Shown here: positions 59,301 through 64,000 of the stretch, piece by piece
How the letters are laid out: each line of letters starts with the position of its first letter
Position numbering within the stretch: the stretch's first letter is position 1
IMG/VR virus record: IMGVR_UViG_3300012667_000289
Coordinates: 7,794-71,793 of that record
DNA length: 64,000 nt
Source of the DNA: a virus
Taxonomy: Duplodnaviria; Caudoviricetes
Strand: one strand, 5' to 3'
Translations under genes and position numbers: made by a program
The notes under the pieces: model-generated
The model's input: only the letters and a program-made list of their open reading frames with translations
Databases searched by the model: none
Told to the model about the DNA's origin: nothing

Positions 59301-61012
59301 CCAGTTACACCTCCACTGCCTTGACTACCTGTAAATCCACGTGATCCATCAAACCCAGTAAATCCACGTGATCCGTCAAAACCACGACTTCCGACAAATC
59401 CAGTTACGCCGCCACTTCCTTGACTTCCAACAAATCCGGTTATACCCTGAATGCCTTGACTACCTGTAAATCCAGTAATGCCTTGAATGCCTTGACTACC
59501 AGTAAACCCGGTTGCGCCACCACCACCCGGAAGTCCTTGGCTACCTGTAAATCCAATTGATCCAGTAAATCCACGTGATCCATCAAACCCAGTAAATCCA
59601 CGTGATCCGTCAAAACCACGACTTCCTACAAATCCAGTTGCGCCACCTCCGCCCGGTAGTCCTTGTGATCCGACAAATCCAGTAATACCTTGAATGCCTC
59701 GACTTCCAACAAATCCGGTTATACCCTGAATGCCTTGACTACCAACAAATCCAGTTACGCCACCACTTCCTTGTGATCCAGTAAATCCAGTAATACCTTG
59801 AATGCCTTGACTACCAGTAAATCCACGTGATCCATCAAAACCAGTAAATCCGCGTGATCCGTCAAACCCACGACTTCCCACAAATCCAGTTACACCACCA
59901 CTTCCTTGACTACCAGTAAACCCAGTTATGCCTTGAATGCCTTGACTACCAGTAAACCCAGTTATGCCTTGAATGCCTTGACTACCAGTAAATCCACGTG
60001 ATCCATCAAAACCAGTAAATCCGCGTGATCCGTCAAAACCACGACTTCCCACAAATCCAGTAATGCCTTGTGATCCAGTAAATCCAGCAATGCCTTGAAT
60101 GCCTTGTGATCCAACAAAACCAGTTATGCCTTGAATGCCTTGACTACCAGTAAATCCGCGTGAACCATCAAACCCAGTAAATCCACGACTTCCATCAAAA
60201 CCACGACTTCCCACAAAACCAGTTATGCCTTGACTTCCAACAAAACCAGTAATGCCTTGAATGCCTTGGCTACCAGTAAATCCAGTTACACCAGTTGCTC
60301 CAGTTGCCCAAGACATAAGTCCTGTTCCTGAATAGTAAGTGCCGCTGGCAGCAGGAAAGTTGATCTGTCCAGGAAGCCATTTTACATGTCCGTCAGTTGT
60401 ATCGCTGTTTCTTGCTGCTATCAACACCCAGCCAAATCCAGGAGCCCATCTAGTGCTGGCATAATCAACAACTCTGAATCTTGAAGGATCGGTCGTAGAT
60501 GCTTGATTTGGCCCAATTTGATACCACAGAGATTGCCAATCTCCCAAAGGAATTCCGTTGGCGTCACAGGTCACTGTAGATACAGTATTGCCGGACGCAT
60601 AATACAGTATTGTACCACTAGTAGGGCACAAAATATCTGCGTAACCTTGATTAGACAACTCTGGATTTTTTATTGGAATTGCAATAACTCTCGCACTCCA
60701 CTTAATCCTGCTGCCGTTCCAAACAACAGTTCCGCCGCCACTCAATGCATACTGTGCCGACGAAGTATTATAATCTAGAATCGAAGAAGGATTCAGCAAT
60801 GTAACGGTGCCAGTAGATGTTAGTGCTAAAACCTGTGTGCTGGTCGTGCTGGTAGTTGGCATTATACCAACGTTGGCCCATACTACAGCGCCGTTTATTA
60901 CAGTTCTTTTGTAAAGTAAATTAGTCGCACTATTGAGCCACTCGTCACCGATTGCTGCACCCACGGGTTCAGTCGCAGACACTATCTGTTGTATACTGGT
61001 CCTTGATGACAT
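56399..61012 (-). CDS. Tail fibre with collagen-like and Cys-rich repeat domains
   Basis: Gly-X-Y run followed by the same repeats as the 49458-53426 gene. Confidence 0.85.
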   Translation of the reverse strand: MSSRTSIQQIVSATEPVGAAIGDEWLNSATNLLYKRTVINGAVVWANVGIMPTTSTTSTQVLALTSTGTVTLLNPSSILDYNTSSAQYALSGGGTVVWNGSRIKWSARVIAIPIKNPELSNQGYADILCPTSGTILYYASGNTVSTVTCDANGIPLGDWQSLWYQIGPNQASTTDPSRFRVVDYASTRWAPGFGWVLIAARNSDTTDGHVKWLPGQINFPAASGTYYSGTGLMSWATGATGVTGFTGSQGIQGITGFVGSQGITGFVGSRGFDGSRGFTGFDGSRGFTGSQGIQGITGFVGSQGIQGIAGFTGSQGITGFVGSRGFDGSRGFTGFDGSRGFTGSQGIQGITGFTGSQGIQGITGFTGSQGSGGVTGFVGSRGFDGSRGFTGFDGSRGFTGSQGIQGITGFTGSQGSGGVTGFVGSQGIQGITGFVGSRGIQGITGFVGSQGLPGGGGATGFVGSRGFDGSRGFTGFDGSRGFTGSIGFTGSQGLPGGGGATGFTGSQGIQGITGFTGSQGIQGITGFVGSQGSGGVTGFVGSRGFDGSRGFTGFDGSRGFTGSQGSGGVTGFTGSQGIQGITGFVGSQGSGGVTGFTGSIGFTGSQGIQGVTGFVGSSAANTPATPTSLGSVFGYTTANGNTSLGCCSGNTTQTGANNFAVGCRALLCNTTGSNNFAQGYRALCSNTIGSNNVAIGIVALLCNTTGSNNFAVGCGALQINTTGSNNFAVGCGALEFNCSGNRNFAQGYAALRNNTSGNNNFAQGYRALLLNTTGCNNFAQGYNASSGNRTGCNNTAIGFRALSCNTAGSNNFAQGYNALCNNITGNNNTAIGRSSLACNTIGCDNFAAGNAALFNNTTGSNNIAIGNSVLYCNTIGNNNIAQGYTALYRNTTGRQNIAIGVSALYFNTTGCNNTAVGIAALTNNDIGGTNTAFGACALAGNTTGTNNIGIGFSAGCNITTGNNNTVIGNLPAAAGCVCTLLLGAGTCERIRVDNSGLYVNNTLVNTAGASAATPTSLGTVLGYTTANGNTSLGCCSGNTTQTGANNFAVGFQALYGNTTGNNNTAIGCSALRCNAWGVSNTAIGSLSLLGNLTGSDNIGIGQNTLRCNTGGSNNIAQGCNALQCNTIGCQNIGIGSLALRKNTTGTGNVAIGVGTLCNNTTGVANTAIGDSAMCANATGGYNVGVGLGALSGAHAGCYNVALGPYAMCSNTGGSNNFAAGYAALGCNTSGCNNVAVGVLALNKNTTGNNNFAQGYCALCSNTTGNNNFAQGFSALRSNTIGCSNFAAGCLTLSSNTTGNHNTAIGNLALNNNTTGVNNTAIGFFALCGNTFGDNNTAIGCSALCNNTTGSNNVAIGYFSLGLNITGRDNVAIGYGTLRCNTIGNRNIAIGCCAGFNITTGVNNTVIGSLPAAAGCVCTLLLGAGTCERIRVDDSGLYVNNTLLTGGGGASLNIQEFTATNAQTTFTVTGGYTVGTVQVFANGANLGSGDFTASNGTTVVVNEARNTGDIIRIISGGSTNAVNNIQNFSVAMSVAMAM
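59163..60302 (-). repeat. Collagen-like Gly-X-Y repeat without Pro-rich triplets
   Basis: GFT-GSQ-GIQ-GIT-GFV-GSR-GFD units over about 380 aa. Confidence 0.9.
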
Positions 61013-61027
61013 TCTAACTTCCTAAAA

Positions 61028-64000
61028 TTAAGCCTGAGCTTCTGTCCAACCGATACGACACGCCAAGTTCTTAGTACCACTTGCTTCAAGCAATGTTGCA
61101 GTGATAACTAAAACATCAGGTGCGTTAGGATAGGCAGGTGCTGTCGGTGTTCCGTTTCCGCTTTGAATACTTGTTCCTAAATCTCGAACTTTTTCCAAGT
61201 TAACAGTAGTTGCAGAAAAGTTAGTTCCGCCTGCGTTTTCAGTGTAGAAACCAAAGATACGGTCACCGCCAACAACTGCACCTGATGCTGCTACTGCTGT
61301 GGTTGCATACGCTCCTGTACCGTCGAAGTAGAATACTTGTGCCAATGATCCTGATCCCACTGATCCCGGAGTAGTGTCCCAACTTGTGGGAATTGTTAAT
61401 CCAGTTCCACTAATCGAAGTCGGATTTAAAATTCCCTGTATCAAGAACTGCCCCTGACTATACACACCCATAGTGGCCAATGTTAACTGCATACGGTTAA
61501 CAATTTCTCTAACGCCAAAATTTCGTCCAGAACCGGAGTCGACACTGGGAGCGATACGAATCATAAGCAGAGGGCGAGTTGCACCTGCGGCCACAGTCAT
61601 ATATCTCAACATACCAGCTGTAAAAATAAAGCTCTTGTCTTCGTCATATCGACCGTCCATAATTACCGAAACGCCCCAGTGGCTACTGATAGGTGCGGCA
61701 GTAACTTTTAATTCGTTAATGCTGACCTGTGCAGTGCCTGCACCGCCAACTGATGCATCTGGTGTAAATGTTACTGAACTTGCAGTACCAGTTAATGTAT
61801 ATGCAGATGCTGCAAATGTTCCCGATACGTTTACGCCAGCAATTGCATAAGATGCTCGACGGGTGACACCAGTTAATGGATATCCTCCAGCAGTTGCATT
61901 ATAAGCACCGATACCAGTATATGTAATAACTTCGGAGTTTGTGCTATCTCGAATTAATGCAACTCCTGGATCTCCTGCGGTTACTGGTCTCCAGTAAAGG
62001 GCATCTTCGACATAGATAGTAGTGTCTCCTGATCCAACAGAGGCACCACGAACTCCGGTTGCACCAGCAGTCACTTTACTAAAATATCCATAATTTTCAA
62101 TTTCAAAACGTGCTGGCAAGTTTCCCGAACGTTGATATGCAGAGTATCCGGTATTGTTATTTGGCATTCTGTGGCAATAGACAATTTCACCGTTAACTCC
62201 CCTAAATCCAAATCGTATAAATCCTGCACCGTACCAAGTATAGTCAATGTAGGCCATTTGCATTTTGCTAACATCTAAGTTGTATCCGCTTGGACCAGTT
62301 CCGTCCATTTTGTCAATATTCCATTGACTTTGCGGTACTCTAAAAGTTTCACTTCTTAAATATCTGGAACCGCTAATTGTAACACCCCTATAAGCAGGAG
62401 TAATATTCAGTGCAGTATCGCTGTCAATTTTAGAGACTTCGTATACTTGTCCTTTGATAATAATCTTATCACCAGCTAACAACTGTCTCCTAAATCTTGT
62501 ACCAACTCCAGTAACTGCATATGCTCCAGCAGTTACCGAAACTCTTCCAAACATTTCTTTAATAGACTGTCGGCGTGATGCAAACATTTGATTTCCGTCA
62601 TACTCAAACATAAATCCATTTTGGTCATCGTATAATCCTACACGAGTAGTTGCACCTTTCCATTTAGTTGCTGTTACAAATCCACTACCTACAGGTGTAG
62701 TATCGGTAGGAGTTGCAGTCATTGTATATGTAAATGTTTTTGTTCCTGTAACACTGACTACTGTAAATGTTCCGTTGTATGTATTAGTTCCAGTGATTAC
62801 AGTCATTCCGTCTATTAATACAGTAGCACCAATTTGAAAATTGTGATCCTGTTGAGTAGTAACAGTAGCTGTTGCACCAGATGCAGTAATACTATCAATA
62901 TCGTGTGTAGGTGTGAACTTAGCACCTGTAGAAAATTGCATTGCTTTACCAGATTGGTAGCGGAAATATCTACGAGTTTGACGAATTGCTTGAACACCTT
63001 CATAGTTACCGGCCGGAGAAATAGACACACCACCGTCAGTTGATCTATGCTGCACATATGCTTCCGGACTAACTGTTAGCCTTGCAGATCCTAATGTTGC
63101 AGCACCAGATAATGCAACAGGAACTTGGAATGTAAATGCAGTCGGACTAGTAACGCTGGTAATTACCCAAGTTCCGTTAATTTGTGTAGTAGTTGCGTTG
63201 ATAATTTGTATAGGCATCCCTGGAGTAAAATTATGAGGGTTAGTAGTTGCCGCAGTAATCACCGAAGGAGTAGCACCGTTTCCAGATGCTGACGCTAATG
63301 CAATTGTTGCTCCGTCAAATAACCCGCCACCATAGGCCAATGTAATACCAGTATCTAATACTGATCCGTTAACTACACCCTTACATACATAGGAAAATTG
63401 TGTAGCATTTATAAGGGTAACTGCAAATGTACCGTCTGCTAATTGGTTTGTAGTTTCTTGAACAGATACAATATCGCCAGTTGCTAATCCGTGTGCAACT
63501 GCGGTAGTGACAGTAATTGTGGAACGGGGACTTTGGTTTCCGCCAGAAATTGCAGTAATGACAAAACTGTTTCCGCCAGTGCCTTTGCTAAAGAAACTTG
63601 GATAATTTCGAACTAATGGTAAAAACTCCCATTTACTCGGCTGAACAGAATATTCAAAGTCTGTATCAATCATACTCTGAGGTGCGCTAATGCGGAGCTT
63701 CTGAACCGGATCTGTAAATGTTTCACTAGGCGTAAATGTCTCACTAAATTCTTCTATAATGATCTGCAACTTATCTGTAGAACTCATTGCCGCAGTATTA
63801 TAGTTAAGAATAATAGTGGTAGTTTGCGGAGTAACCCCTTGGGGGACGTTTACGCTATTTGTTGTATAACTGGTTGCTTTAAGATCAGGATCACTGAAAT
63901 TATAAATTACTGTTCCTGCTGTTACGTTTGTAATCAACATTAGACTTTCTTGTCTAATAAATCTATTGGTAATCGTTACCGTGCGAGTTGCAGGGTTAAA
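61028..64000 (-). CDS. Large beta-rich tail/baseplate-associated protein (5' end outside window)
   Basis: Frame is open to the window edge; shares SMIDxDFEY, YFRYQSGK and R[TS]GNLP[VA]R motifs with 53464-56370. Confidence 0.75.
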   Translation of the reverse strand, partial: FNPATRTVTITNRFIRQESLMLITNVTAGTVIYNFSDPDLKATSYTTNSVNVPQGVTPQTTTIILNYNTAAMSSTDKLQIIIEEFSETFTPSETFTDPVQKLRISAPQSMIDTDFEYSVQPSKWEFLPLVRNYPSFFSKGTGGNSFVITAISGGNQSPRSTITVTTAVAHGLATGDIVSVQETTNQLADGTFAVTLINATQFSYVCKGVVNGSVLDTGITLAYGGGLFDGATIALASASGNGATPSVITAATTNPHNFTPGMPIQIINATTTQINGTWVITSVTSPTAFTFQVPVALSGAATLGSARLTVSPEAYVQHRSTDGGVSISPAGNYEGVQAIRQTRRYFRYQSGKAMQFSTGAKFTPTHDIDSITASGATATVTTQQDHNFQIGATVLIDGMTVITGTNTYNGTFTVVSVTGTKTFTYTMTATPTDTTPVGSGFVTATKWKGATTRVGLYDDQNGFMFEYDGNQMFASRRQSIKEMFGRVSVTAGAYAVTGVGTRFRRQLLAGDKIIIKGQVYEVSKIDSDTALNITPAYRGVTISGSRYLRSETFRVPQSQWNIDKMDGTGPSGYNLDVSKMQMAYIDYTWYGAGFIRFGFRGVNGEIVYCHRMPNNNTGYSAYQRSGNLPARFEIENYGYFSKVTAGATGVRGASVGSGDTTIYVEDALYWRPVTAGDPGVALIRDSTNSEVITYTGIGAYNATAGGYPLTGVTRRASYAIAGVNVSGTFAASAYTLTGTASSVTFTPDASVGGAGTAQVSINELKVTAAPISSHWGVSVIMDGRYDEDKSFIFTAGMLRYMTVAAGATRPLLMIRIAPSVDSGSGRNFGVREIVNRMQLTLATMGVYSQGQFLIQGILNPTSISGTGLTIPTSWDTTPGSVGSGSLAQVFYFDGTGAYATTAVAASGAVVGGDRIFGFYTENAGGTNFSATTVNLEKVRDLGTSIQSGNGTPTAPAYPNAPDVLVITATLLEASGTKNLACRIGWTEAQA

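Noticed and set aside
49458-63057. Plus-strand and alternate-frame ORFs over the fibre genes
   Set aside because: Shadows of repetitive minus-strand coding sequence.
1-64000. tRNA, rRNA, integrase or transposase genes, alternative genetic code
   Set aside because: None recognised by eye; core genes translate intact with the standard code.

Overview
A 64 kb segment of a large T4-like (myovirus) phage genome. From about 7 kb to the end it is recognisable phage core. Replication/recombination: gp41 helicase, primase, a ~200-aa DnaE-like fragment, UvsW, UvsY, UvsX, gp32. Packaging and morphogenesis: terminase, gp4, tail tube, sheath, neck gp13/14/15. These are followed by a glycosyltransferase/sulfotransferase/carbamoyltransferase/APS-kinase cluster and large repeat-rich tail fibre genes, with T4-like TAAATA late promoters. 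The standout is the ~5.3 kb island at about 1.47-6.78 kb, where the dinucleotide GR and its complement YC (GA, GG, TC, CC) are purged. Stretches 4436-4927 and 5818-6604 contain none on either strand, and two real-looking genes there encode proteins with no D, E, G, P or W and have no Shine-Dalgarno. Interleaved are 35 copies of a fixed-geometry element, YCRCACGT-N(24-27 or 34-35)-ACGTGYGR. In the fully depleted part almost all surviving GR/YC dinucleotides lie inside these elements. I do not recognise this as a described system. All counts were made by eye and protein calls rest on motif recognition, not database searches.
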